Assembly (NCBI RefSeq): GCF_001866075.4
Contig: NZ_CP063356.2
Location: 826,164-858,163, forward strand
DNA: 32,000 nt
Direction of reading: 5' to 3'
DNA from: Anaerobacillus isosaccharinicus
Lineage (GTDB): Bacteria; Bacillota; Bacilli; Bacillales; Anaerobacillaceae
Position numbers and translations under genes: made by a program. The notes under the pieces are model-generated. The model saw only the letters and a list, made by a program, of their open reading frames with translations, made no database searches and had not been told where the DNA came from. Below, piece after piece: positions 10,355 to 20,398 of the stretch. Every line of letters starts with the position of its first letter. Within the stretch, counting starts at the first letter, position 1.

Positions 10355-10479
10355 AAACCTTGTAGTAAAAATTAAAAACAGCTCATGGTTGATTTTGTAA
10401 TAAATTTGTCATGATTAATTACGCTTACATAACAGTTTTCTGTTTCAATCTTGTGTAAGATTGTTTTATGGTAAATTAA

Positions 10480-11460
<981 letters not shown>

Positions 11461-11472
11461 AGATACGCTGTA

Positions 11473-11526
11473 AAACCTAATTTACTTGACTTTTGATAAA
11501 ACAAATTGAATTAGGTTTTTTTATTT
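11473..11526 (+). terminator. Probable intrinsic terminator after ldh
   Basis: AAACCTAATT ... AATTAGGTTT followed by T tract; long loop. Confidence 0.6.
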
Positions 11527-11577
11527 TTCTAGAATAAATAAGTCTCATTAATCAAAACTTAGTAATGAGGTGAAGGA

Positions 11578-11784
11578 ATGATGTTTAATAACAGAAATAA
11601 TGATAACAATATGTTCATGACATTGGTAATTTCAATGGTATCGGTATTCTTTATTTATCAATACAGATACCGATTAATTAATCTTGTATTAGGAACGAGA
11701 TGGATCCGCCGTTTAGCGGTTTCCGGTGCATTACAAATTCCATTTATTCGGGATCGGTTTTATTCAAGGTTTATGCCATTCTAA
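11578..11784 (+). CDS. Small basic membrane protein, unknown function
   Basis: 68 aa ORF with good RBS (GAGGTGAAGG) and one hydrophobic segment. Confidence 0.6.
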   Translation: MMFNNRNNDNNMFMTLVISMVSVFFIYQYRYRLINLVLGTRWIRRLAVSGALQIPFIRDRFYSRFMPF

Positions 11785-11906
11785 AATTGGAAATAGTTAA
11801 ATGATTAGTAAGAGAAGTGGGCAAATGTCCACTTCTTTTTCAATATTAAGTACTTCATTCGAAAATATAGGTAATGATTGGTATAATCATTCTAAGGGGG
11901 AGTAAC

Positions 11907-12644
11907 ATGAGATGGAAAACGATTTGTTTCGATTTGGACAATACACTTTTTAGTCATGAAAAGGCATTTGAGAAGTCAATTTGTTTTTGTTTTGAATCTG
12001 TTCTTAAGAAAAAGGATCTCCTTAAAGACATTGAGATAAGTGAGCTTTTTAAGGTTTTTAAAAAATATAGTGACCTTTTTTGGACAGATTATGAGAATGG
12101 GGTTTTGTCGCCACAGGAGTACCGCAGAAAGAGGTTTTTAAGTACTGTAGAAAATTTCAAGTTACCATTCACTACTCTAGAAGCAGATGAATTTCATCAA
12201 CATTATTACCGTGTTGTTGATGATTTTAGTGAGCCATACCCCTATTTACACTCTTTAATAAGTAATTTAATCGAAGCAGATATAAAAGTAGGTATTATTA
12301 CAAATGGGACTGCCGATACTCAATATAATAAAATAAATAAATTAGAGCTTAATGAATGGATATCAAATGATTGTATTTTCGTTTCAGAAGAATTAAAGAT
12401 ATGGAAACCAGACAGAAAAATATTTGATTTAGCAAAAGCAAATTTATGCTCAGAAGGTGACTATCTGTTTGTGGGCGATTCTTGGGAGCATGATGTTGTT
12501 GGTGCAATAGAAGCGGGCTGGGATGCTATATTTTTAAATACAAGAGAAGAGGAACCTAAAACAAACCATAACCCAGTGAAAATTTGTCTTAGCCTCCAGG
12601 ACGTTGCTACATTTATTTATCATGAAAACAAGTTGGAAGGATGA
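11907..12644 (+). CDS. HAD-superfamily hydrolase
   Basis: FDLDNTLFSHE, GIITNGTAD, KPDRKIFDLA, FVGDSWEHDVVGA. ATG at 11907 better placed than the track start at 11874. Confidence 0.85.
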   Translation: MRWKTICFDLDNTLFSHEKAFEKSICFCFESVLKKKDLLKDIEISELFKVFKKYSDLFWTDYENGVLSPQEYRRKRFLSTVENFKLPFTTLEADEFHQHYYRVVDDFSEPYPYLHSLISNLIEADIKVGIITNGTADTQYNKINKLELNEWISNDCIFVSEELKIWKPDRKIFDLAKANLCSEGDYLFVGDSWEHDVVGAIEAGWDAIFLNTREEEPKTNHNPVKICLSLQDVATFIYHENKLEG

Positions 12645-12648
12645 AACT

Positions 12649-14205
12649 ATGGACGGATTAAGCCAAGACGCTTACTATTGGCAATTTATTCATCATCTTG
12701 TCGTAAACGCAGGTATGAGGGCATTTCAAGTAAAATCTGATGAAAAAGAAATTTGGTTAGAAAAAGAGAATTCCGATGAAACAACCGTTGTTCGCATCTA
12801 TCGTAGAGACATGGACTGGAGTAACTATATTGCTAGAGATCTAGAGAAATTGGCTAAAGATAGTGAAAAAATTCGCAAAGAGTTCAAAAGTAGGCGGCTT
12901 AAAATCATCAATATTTATATCTCTACTTTTTTGCCTGTTGATTCCTTTGAGAACTTTCTTGAAAAATCATTTGTCACAAAAAATAACCGTGTTAGTATCG
13001 AAACGTTTATCATTGATACTGAAAGAGAAAATAGGCTAGGAGTTTCGAAGTTATCTGAGCTACTAGATTGCCAAATCCCTGAATTATATCACGATCATTA
13101 CACTGCAGAAGATATTCATCGGTATCGTCGTGAGGTTGTCACAATTTCAGACAAACAATTTAAAAAAGAAAAAGCTTTGTTCACCTATGGGAAGCCTTTT
13201 TTTACATATTTAATTTTACTAAACGTCCTTGTCATCTTTGGTTTTATGGAGTTCTATGGGAGTAGTACGAGTTTATTGACGTTAGTCGAATTCGGTGCAA
13301 AATATGATCCCCTTATCCATCAAGGAGAATGGTGGCGCTTTTTTACAGCTATATTTTTACATATTGGATTTTTACACCTATTTATGAATTCTTTTGCGCT
13401 TTTTTATTTAGGAGGTGCTGTGGAACGAATATACGGCACGCCAAGGTTTGTCTTTATTTATTTGGTTGCTGGATTAATGGGTTCTATGAGTAGCTTTGCT
13501 TTTAACAGTCAAGTATCTGCGGGTGCTTCTGGGGCTATTTTTGGTTGCTTTGGAGCGTTGCTTTACTTTGGGTTAATTCACCGTAAATTATTTTTAAGAA
13601 CAATGGGAGTTAACATCATTGTTATAATTATCATTAATCTTGCGCTAGGATTTATGATACCAATGATTGATAATAGTGCTCATATTGGTGGATTAGTGGG
13701 AGGGTTTTTAGCTTCAGCAATTTTACATTTACCAAGACATAAGATTAGAAAACAACAATTTATCACATTTATCGTAACTGCAGGAGCATTTAGTGGGTTA
13801 TTACTCTATGGTTTTACTATTCAAGAAGATGTGGAAAAAATGCATCTAATTAACATTCAAATAGCTCAGGAGCTACTGCAAAGAGGGGAGATTGAGCGAG
13901 CATACCCTTTACTGAAAGAAGCGGTTGAGCATGATGTAGAGGTTGTTGAAGCCAATTTTTTGTTAGCTTATAGTGAAGCCAGATTAGGCTTATTAAAAGA
14001 TGCTGAAAAAAATTTGCTAATTACTATTGAACAGCGCCCGTACCTACACGAAGCTCATTTTAATTTGTCATTAGTCTATTTTGAATTAAGACAGTATTTA
14101 GATGCCTATCGTTCTGTTGAAAAGGCACTAGAATTAAACCCAAACACAGGGGACTATATTGAGTTAAAAACTACGATTGAAAAGGTGCTGGAAAAAATAG
14201 GTTAA
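12649..14205 (+). CDS. gluP: Rhomboid-family intramembrane serine protease with C-terminal TPR (YqgP/GluP-like)
   Basis: FLHIGFLHLFMNSFALF, GASGAIFGCFGAL, DNSAHIGGLVGGF, TPR-like C-terminus. GGAAGG ahead of the ATG at 12649. Confidence 0.92.
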   Translation: MDGLSQDAYYWQFIHHLVVNAGMRAFQVKSDEKEIWLEKENSDETTVVRIYRRDMDWSNYIARDLEKLAKDSEKIRKEFKSRRLKIINIYISTFLPVDSFENFLEKSFVTKNNRVSIETFIIDTERENRLGVSKLSELLDCQIPELYHDHYTAEDIHRYRREVVTISDKQFKKEKALFTYGKPFFTYLILLNVLVIFGFMEFYGSSTSLLTLVEFGAKYDPLIHQGEWWRFFTAIFLHIGFLHLFMNSFALFYLGGAVERIYGTPRFVFIYLVAGLMGSMSSFAFNSQVSAGASGAIFGCFGALLYFGLIHRKLFLRTMGVNIIVIIIINLALGFMIPMIDNSAHIGGLVGGFLASAILHLPRHKIRKQQFITFIVTAGAFSGLLLYGFTIQEDVEKMHLINIQIAQELLQRGEIERAYPLLKEAVEHDVEVVEANFLLAYSEARLGLLKDAEKNLLITIEQRPYLHEAHFNLSLVYFELRQYLDAYRSVEKALELNPNTGDYIELKTTIEKVLEKIG

Positions 14206-14278
14206 TGTAGAATGTAGAAATTCGTGAACGAGAAGCCTCGGAGACTCTACTTTCACAATTTTACATTCTACATTTTTA
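14205..14278. terminator. Long inverted repeat between convergent genes, probable bidirectional terminator
   Basis: ATGTAGAATGTA (14205-14216) with TACATTCTACAT (14262-14273), extended by further near-complementary sequence. Confidence 0.7.
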
Positions 14279-15157
14279 TTAAAATCTACCAGTATTTTTA
14301 ATGACACTATATTTTTCCCCATCCTTATTAGTGAAAACAATAATAATATGTGAATACGTGTTGTGATAGAGAATGAGGGGAATGCTACTGCCTACGGGAC
14401 TTAAAATCGTTCCGTCATGCTTTTCTATTCCTAGAAAATAATATTTATAGATAGAACTCCATGTAAGAGCTATCATTTCTTTTGTGTCCTCAATTGTTAA
14501 ATTTGGTAGTGATGTATTATTATATTCATATAGGTTTGTTAATGGTACCGAGTGGTAGTTCTCTGCTTTAACTTGAAAGTAGTCAATAAGTTCCTCCCAA
14601 GTATATTGCAAGTTTTGATTAATGATCGTATCTAAAACTCTTTTTCCTTCTTTTTCAGAAGGAGTTTGTGGACTTTTAAAGAATTCTATCGGACTTAACG
14701 GGGAGTCTAGTATATACATTTGATCATAACTCATTGATTGTACGCTTTTTGTTACATCATTGGGGTAATGGAATTGCCCGTAATGAAAAGTAATTGTCTC
14801 AAAGTGTCCACTATCTTCACCAGATATTTTTGCTGTTTGGGTCAATTTTTGACTGTTTTCTTTAGTCTGTGATAGTGTTTCTTTTAACCGCCCATCTTCA
14901 AACAATAAAGAGATATCGTGGGCGATGTACATCTTTTCGTTAATTTCAGAGCTTGTTTTCCATTCCATCGTATATTCATCTTCATCATGTTGATCAATCA
15001 ATTGGAGTGTTGTTTTAACTTGCTTAAATTTCTTCTTCTCATCTATAGGGTAATTCGCAATTGTTTCTTGAACTGTTTCTTTCAAAGTTGTGAAATAATA
15101 AAGTAGACTTCCAGTCAAAAATGCTATAATTACGGTCCCAACTAGTAATTTTTTCAA
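14279..15157 (-). CDS. Hypothetical membrane-anchored/exported protein
   Basis: 292 aa, N-terminal signal/TM (MKKLLVGTVIIAFLTGSLLYYF), GAGG RBS upstream; convergent with gluP. Confidence 0.7.
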   Translation of the reverse strand: MKKLLVGTVIIAFLTGSLLYYFTTLKETVQETIANYPIDEKKKFKQVKTTLQLIDQHDEDEYTMEWKTSSEINEKMYIAHDISLLFEDGRLKETLSQTKENSQKLTQTAKISGEDSGHFETITFHYGQFHYPNDVTKSVQSMSYDQMYILDSPLSPIEFFKSPQTPSEKEGKRVLDTIINQNLQYTWEELIDYFQVKAENYHSVPLTNLYEYNNTSLPNLTIEDTKEMIALTWSSIYKYYFLGIEKHDGTILSPVGSSIPLILYHNTYSHIIIVFTNKDGEKYSVIKNTGRF

Positions 15158-15240
15158 TGATAATCCCTCCTCGGACAGCCTATCTAACTTTATGATGTAT
15201 GGAAGCTAAATATGATTACAAAACTTAAGGAGTGTATGAA

Positions 15241-16290
15241 ATGTCTTTTAATGTGAATACAAATGAAGTAATTAGTTTAATAGAGAACTTAGTCAAAATT
15301 CCAAGTCCTTCAGGAAACACTGAAAAGGTAATTAATTTCGTTGAAAATTATTGTAATGAATTGCAGCTTCAATCATTTCGTAATAGAAAAGGTGGATTAG
15401 TCATTTCTGTCAATGGGACTGACAATACAAGACATCGAATGGTAACTGCACATGTTGATACATTAGGAGCAATGGTTAAAGAAATCAAGAAAAATGGTCG
15501 GTTGAAATTATCAATGATTGGAGGTTTTCGCTGGAACTCAGTAGAGGGCGAGTACTGTCAAATTGAAACAAGTGAGGGAACTGTCTTTTCTGGCACAATC
15601 TTAATGCAACAAGCATCAGTTCACGTCTATAAGGATGCCGGGACTGCTGAGCGGGACGAGAAGAATATTGAGGTTCGAATTGATGAAAAGGTAGAAAATG
15701 ATGAAGACGTAAAAGCTCTTGGAATTTCAGTTGGCGATTTTGTTTCTTTTGAACCTAGATTTGAAAGGACCGCTAATGGATTTATCAAATCTCGTCATTT
15801 AGATGACAAAGCAAGCGTAGCTATATTACTTAATTTACTAAAAGAAATAAAAGAAAATAATCTGAAATTACCGTATACTACTCATTTTCTTATCTCAAAT
15901 AATGAAGAAATTGGCTACGGTGGTAACTCCAATATTACACCAGAAACAGTGGAGTATTTAGCTGTAGATATGGGAGCAATCGGTGTCGGTCAAACGACGA
16001 CTGAGTACTGTGTTTCTATATGCGCGAAAGATTCTAGTGGTCCATATAACTTGCGCTTAAAGAATAAACTTGTCGAACTAGCTAAAAAGCATAAACTTAA
16101 TTATGAAGTTGATATCTATCCATATTACGGTTCAGATGCCTCCGCAGCAATCCGTTCAGGGAGTGATATCGTTCATGGCTTAATTGGACCAGGAATTTCA
16201 GAGTCCCATGCAAATGAAAGAACCCACGAATCTTCGTTGGAAAATACTAGCAAATTAATTTATCATTACTTACTTTCAGAGATGGTATAG
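15241..16290 (+). CDS. M42-family (aminopeptidase/endoglucanase-like) metallopeptidase
   Basis: VTAHVDTLG, SRHLDDKASVA, SNNEEIGYGG, AVDMGAIG, SESHANERTHESS. ATG at 15241 preferred over the GTG at 15232. Confidence 0.9.
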   Translation: MSFNVNTNEVISLIENLVKIPSPSGNTEKVINFVENYCNELQLQSFRNRKGGLVISVNGTDNTRHRMVTAHVDTLGAMVKEIKKNGRLKLSMIGGFRWNSVEGEYCQIETSEGTVFSGTILMQQASVHVYKDAGTAERDEKNIEVRIDEKVENDEDVKALGISVGDFVSFEPRFERTANGFIKSRHLDDKASVAILLNLLKEIKENNLKLPYTTHFLISNNEEIGYGGNSNITPETVEYLAVDMGAIGVGQTTTEYCVSICAKDSSGPYNLRLKNKLVELAKKHKLNYEVDIYPYYGSDASAAIRSGSDIVHGLIGPGISESHANERTHESSLENTSKLIYHYLLSEMV

Positions 16291-16293
16291 TTG

Positions 16294-16360
16294 TGAATTA
16301 TGAATTATGAATTATGAATTATGAATTATGAATTATGAATTATGAATTATGAATTATGAA
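16294..16360. repeat. Heptameric tandem repeat (TGAATTA)n, about 9.6 copies
   Basis: Perfect 7-bp periodicity read directly. Confidence 0.98.
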
Positions 16361-16473
16361 AAAAACTTGCGAATTTTTCACAAGTTTTTTTTGTAATCTA
16401 AATAGTTGTGTAAGATGTTTGCATGGATTTTTCCACTTTTGCTAAAAATGTAATTAAAGTGGAGGCGGTAAAA

Positions 16474-17937
16474 ATGTCATATGAAGAAATTCAGCACCTT
16501 GCATCTGAAAACTTTGAGGATAATATTAAATATTTAAGCAAAGAACTTGGTGTCGATAAAAGTTTCGATATAATAAGAGTCGATCTTAGATATGCTAGTA
16601 AAAAAATGGCCCTATTTATTGTTGATGGGTTTGCCAAAGATGAGGCTTTAACCCAAATACAAAGAGAGTTTATGGTTATAAAAGAAGAAGAACTAAAAGA
16701 AGATGCCCTACAAACAATTATTAAATCTAAAATTCCTTATGTGGAAATAGATACAGAAAAAGATTTAGATAAAGTTGTAGATCAAGTTCTTGCAGGTCCT
16801 GCTGCTTTAGTTGTTGAGGGGCTTGATGAAGTAATTTTAATTGATACTAGGACATATCCAGTTCGAGGTCTTGAAGAACCTAATACTGAGCAAGTAATTA
16901 GAGGTGCAAAAGATGGTTTTGTAGAAACAATAATTTTTAACACTGCTTTAACAAGAAGAAGGGTAAGAGATCGAACGCTCCGCAATGAATACTTGACGGT
17001 AGGACGACGTTCTAAAACGGATCTATGCGTTTCCTACATTGAAGATATTGCTGACCCATTACTAGTTAAACATATTAAAAAAGCACTTGAAAAAATCGAT
17101 ACTGATGGATTGCCAATGGGTGACAAAACAATCGAGGAATATTTATTTGGACAGCATTACAATCCCTATCCACTCGTTAGGTATACTGAAAGACCTGATG
17201 TTGCGGCATCCCACCTATTTGAAGGACATGTACTAATTATGGTTGATGGCTCACCTAGTGTAATTATTACACCAACAACGTTTTGGCATCACCTACAACA
17301 TGCGGAAGAATATCGACAAAAGCCGATTATCGGTATTGCTTTGAGGTTAGTAAGATTTTCAGCAGTCTGGGCTTCAATTTTTCTATTACCTTTGTGGCTA
17401 TTATTCGCTACAAACCAAGCGCTCCTTCCAGTTGGGTTAGAATACATTGGACCAAACGAAACAGGTAGTGTACCTTTGTTAGCTCAGTTTCTCATTGCTG
17501 AAGTTGGAATTGAAATGCTCAGAATGGCCGCCATACATACGCCGTCTGCTTTAGCGACAGCTTTAGGTCTTGTGGCTGCAATTTTAATTGGACAAGTTGC
17601 AATTGATGTAGGGTTATTTTCATCTGAAGTCGTATTGTACTTGGCTGTAGCAGCTGTAGGTTCCTTTGCTACTCCAAGTTATGAAATGAGCTTAGCTAAT
17701 CGTTTAATTCGAGTTGTTCTCTTACTAGCAACTGGATTTTTTAACGTATTTGGGTACGTGATTTCAATTACATTGCTATTTTTATTGCTCACAACAATGA
17801 GGGTTTATCAAACCCCTTATTTATGGCCATTTATGCCTTTTTCTGCACTTAGTTTTCGTGATGTTATTTTTAGATCACCAATACCATTAAAAAGACAAAG
17901 GCCAGAAGCAATTCATCCTTTAGATGAAGATCGATAG
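16474..17937 (+). CDS. SpoVAF/GerA-family spore germination membrane protein
   Basis: VDGFAKDE, RRRVRDRTLRNEYLTVGRRSKTDLCVSYIEDIADPLLVKHIKKAL, PYPLVRYTERPDVAASHLFEGHVLIMVDGSPSVIITPTTFWHHLQHAEEYR. ATG at 16474 after GGAGGCGG. Confidence 0.92.
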   Translation: MSYEEIQHLASENFEDNIKYLSKELGVDKSFDIIRVDLRYASKKMALFIVDGFAKDEALTQIQREFMVIKEEELKEDALQTIIKSKIPYVEIDTEKDLDKVVDQVLAGPAALVVEGLDEVILIDTRTYPVRGLEEPNTEQVIRGAKDGFVETIIFNTALTRRRVRDRTLRNEYLTVGRRSKTDLCVSYIEDIADPLLVKHIKKALEKIDTDGLPMGDKTIEEYLFGQHYNPYPLVRYTERPDVAASHLFEGHVLIMVDGSPSVIITPTTFWHHLQHAEEYRQKPIIGIALRLVRFSAVWASIFLLPLWLLFATNQALLPVGLEYIGPNETGSVPLLAQFLIAEVGIEMLRMAAIHTPSALATALGLVAAILIGQVAIDVGLFSSEVVLYLAVAAVGSFATPSYEMSLANRLIRVVLLLATGFFNVFGYVISITLLFLLLTTMRVYQTPYLWPFMPFSALSFRDVIFRSPIPLKRQRPEAIHPLDEDR

Positions 17938-17955
17938 GGTGTACATTCTTCCAAT

Positions 17956-17986
17956 AAAAACGGGTGGCCTAGTGCCACCCGTTTTT
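17956..17986. terminator. Bidirectional intrinsic terminator
   Basis: AAAAACGGGTGGC-ctagt-GCCACCCGTTTTT between convergent genes. Confidence 0.95.
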
Positions 17987-18407
17987 ATTCACCCATATCT
18001 CGTTTAAACGTTTCGTCTTCAATGAAAAAAGTATATTCTTTTCCTGAATTAATCGCTGTACTGCTCGCTAGCACAAGTCCAATCGGAGTATCGTGACCAT
18101 CATTAACAATTGTAAAAGGTATGTTGTGCTTCGATGCTTCCTTAATATAGTTTGAATAAATATTATATGATAACTCTCCATTTAAAAATAAGTGTAAATC
18201 TTTTTTTGAGCTCATAACATCAATGGCTTCGGGGTACATTCCTTTATGTATCACTTGCTTGTTTGTTAATGCTAAGTATATTCGCTCGCTAATTGTTGAT
18301 AAAAATAAAGCCCGTTCTTCTGGAAGTGTCTCAGCCATGCCACGTATTCCTTGAAGTAAGACTTGCTCTAATTTACTTTTCTGTTGCATATTTGTTCCTC
18401 CTTTCAT
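17985..18407 (-). CDS. YueI/DUF1694-family protein
   Basis: SKLEQVLLQGIRGMAETLPEERALFLSTISERIYLALTNKQV resembles YueI. True start may be the internal ATG of MQQKSK after a GGAGG. Confidence 0.8.
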   Translation of the reverse strand: MKGGTNMQQKSKLEQVLLQGIRGMAETLPEERALFLSTISERIYLALTNKQVIHKGMYPEAIDVMSSKKDLHLFLNGELSYNIYSNYIKEASKHNIPFTIVNDGHDTPIGLVLASSTAINSGKEYTFFIEDETFKRDMGE

Positions 18408-18495
18408 TTTCCCTAAAACAATTTCAATTTCTTGTCCTTAATATAAACATCCGTACATAAACTAATACAAGTATTTAAATTGAGGTGAGGTACTT

Positions 18496-19005
18496 GTGAT
18501 AATCATCATATCATCTATTTTAACCGTTTTTTTAGTAGGTTTGTCAACTGGAGGATTACTCGTTTCAAGGAGAATAGATCCTCATCAAACGTTATTTATT
18601 GTAGTGGGGTTAGCATTTTTTTTATTTTTCTATATTGGGATGTTTATTGGAAGTAAGCTCTTGGCGTTTGTTAGTCACGGTGTTATGAGTATTGTCTTTG
18701 GTTTATTTTGTTTAGCTCTTATAGGTTTTTTAGTTTTGAAGTACGATCCATCCTTCGGGTATGTGAAGCAAGAGCCAGTATCACTAAGTGTTTTTATTGC
18801 ATTTTTTCTTTTACTTGGGATGGAAGTTGCTGTATTAGAAATATCACTTTGGTTTTCACTATTTGCTACAGCAATTTTTGTTGGAAGTTTATTTCTTGGA
18901 TTTATGTTTATGTACCAAATTCTTCATCGGCATCGTACGCCACAAATCTTAGCATTAATTCCCCTCGTTCCGCTTCTTTTCATCGGGCTTTTTAAACTGA
19001 TATAA
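18496..19005 (+). CDS. Polytopic membrane protein, unknown function
   Basis: GTG start after GAGGTGAGG; five or so hydrophobic segments. Confidence 0.65.
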   Translation: MIIIISSILTVFLVGLSTGGLLVSRRIDPHQTLFIVVGLAFFLFFYIGMFIGSKLLAFVSHGVMSIVFGLFCLALIGFLVLKYDPSFGYVKQEPVSLSVFIAFFLLLGMEVAVLEISLWFSLFATAIFVGSLFLGFMFMYQILHRHRTPQILALIPLVPLLFIGLFKLI

Positions 19006-19040
19006 TAGGAAGTAAGAAGACTGAGATAGGGTGAATATAA

Positions 19041-19244
19041 ATGAACACAATGTATGAACTAAGACAATTTTTACAAAAACATGGTGCCTTTATTTATACC
19101 GGTGACCGGGCCGGTGATATTGAACTTTTTGAAATGGAATTGAGGCAATTATACGAGTGGAATATGATAGATATTCAAATGCTACAGCAAGGTTTATTAA
19201 TCTTAAAGCGCGAATTAAGTGAATATAATCAAGCGAAAAACTGA
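19041..19244 (+). CDS. yqgQ: YqgQ-family protein
   Basis: MNTMYELRQFLQKHGAFIYTGDRAGDIELFEMELRQLYEWNMID; immediately precedes the glcK region as in Bacillus. Confidence 0.85.
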   Translation: MNTMYELRQFLQKHGAFIYTGDRAGDIELFEMELRQLYEWNMIDIQMLQQGLLILKRELSEYNQAKN

Positions 19245-19288
19245 CTGATCTTTTTAATTCGGAGGCACAATAACATTGGGTGAATTAA

Positions 19289-20398
19289 ATGAGTATATTT
19301 TCAATGGAACACGTATGGAAAAAAACAGAGACTAACTTTGAACTAAAAAATGTTTCCCTCTCTATTTTGGAGGATGAATGGCTATTAATTTCTGGCCCAG
19401 TAGGAGAAGGAAAAGAAGTCCTACAAAAAGTTATTTTAGGCTTTGATAATGATTGGGATGGTTTGATTTGTTTAAACAAAAAGAATATAAAAAATTATGA
19501 GGGCTATGCTGAAAAAATAGCGTTTATCCATAACCGTTTTATTGAAGAAAAAGGTTCAGAGACAATTTTTGATTATCTAGCGCTACCACTGAAAATTAAA
19601 GGGAAAACCGAAATAGAAATAAGAAAAGAAATTAATAACGTACACAAGCAATTTATGAATATAGTGGAACTTACAAAAAAAATGAAAGACCTGTCGCTTC
19701 AGGAAAAAGTGTCTGTATCCTTTTTAAAAGCGATATTAATGAATCCAAGTTTAATTGTTATTGATGAACCTTTTTATCAGTTGTCCAACAGTAAAAGAAA
19801 ACTCATTTTAGAAACATTTAAGGACAATCTCCGTAATTGGAAAGGTTGTCCCGTTGTTATTTTTAGTAGCTATATTCTAGAGTGGCTCCCCTTTTGTGAC
19901 CGGATTGCAGTCTTTAAAGAAAACGGCCTTTTGCAAATAGGTGAACCACAGGTTCTAATAGAACACCCTCAACATGCTTTTGTTGCTAAGTACTTACATG
20001 GAGAAGATTTTACACTTTTAAAGGGAATCTTAAAAGGGAACCGTTTTATTACAGAAGGTTTTTCTTTTTTACTACCAAAACAAGTACTTCAAGACTATCT
20101 ATTCTTTGAAGGGCAAGAACTTGTCCTTGGAATGATGGCAACTAGTTTTCAAATAGTGGACAAGCCTATTTCTGATACCATTGGCCTGACTTTTAAAGCT
20201 CCAATTCATATTTTTTATGAGAAGAATGGTTTTTACAAGGTCTATTCAAACATCGGTCACTTTCCTCTAGTTGCCCAAATAAAAATAAATGGTAAAATTA
20301 ATGAAGGGGAGCAAGTACAATTATTTTTCCCTTTTGATCATTTACTGTTTTTTGACGGAAATACAGAAAAAAAGATTAATGCAAAGAGGTTGATTTAA
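19289..20398 (+). CDS. ABC-transporter ATPase-like protein (MalK/CUT1-like layout), degenerate motifs
   Basis: GPVGEGKE (P-loop-like), NPSLIVIDEP (Walker B), TOBE-like C-terminal extension. Signature and H-loop not conserved. Stop codon overlaps glcK start (TAATG). Confidence 0.8.
   Translation: MSIFSMEHVWKKTETNFELKNVSLSILEDEWLLISGPVGEGKEVLQKVILGFDNDWDGLICLNKKNIKNYEGYAEKIAFIHNRFIEEKGSETIFDYLALPLKIKGKTEIEIRKEINNVHKQFMNIVELTKKMKDLSLQEKVSVSFLKAILMNPSLIVIDEPFYQLSNSKRKLILETFKDNLRNWKGCPVVIFSSYILEWLPFCDRIAVFKENGLLQIGEPQVLIEHPQHAFVAKYLHGEDFTLLKGILKGNRFITEGFSFLLPKQVLQDYLFFEGQELVLGMMATSFQIVDKPISDTIGLTFKAPIHIFYEKNGFYKVYSNIGHFPLVAQIKINGKINEGEQVQLFFPFDHLLFFDGNTEKKINAKRLI

Noticed and set aside
16294-16360. 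Possible CRISPR or minisatellite coding array
   Set aside because: Repeat unit is 7 bp with no spacers; a simple heptameric tandem repeat.
16423-16473. Upstream extension of the SpoVAF-like ORF
   Set aside because: The strong GGAGGCGG RBS and family start MSYEEIQ indicate initiation at 16474.
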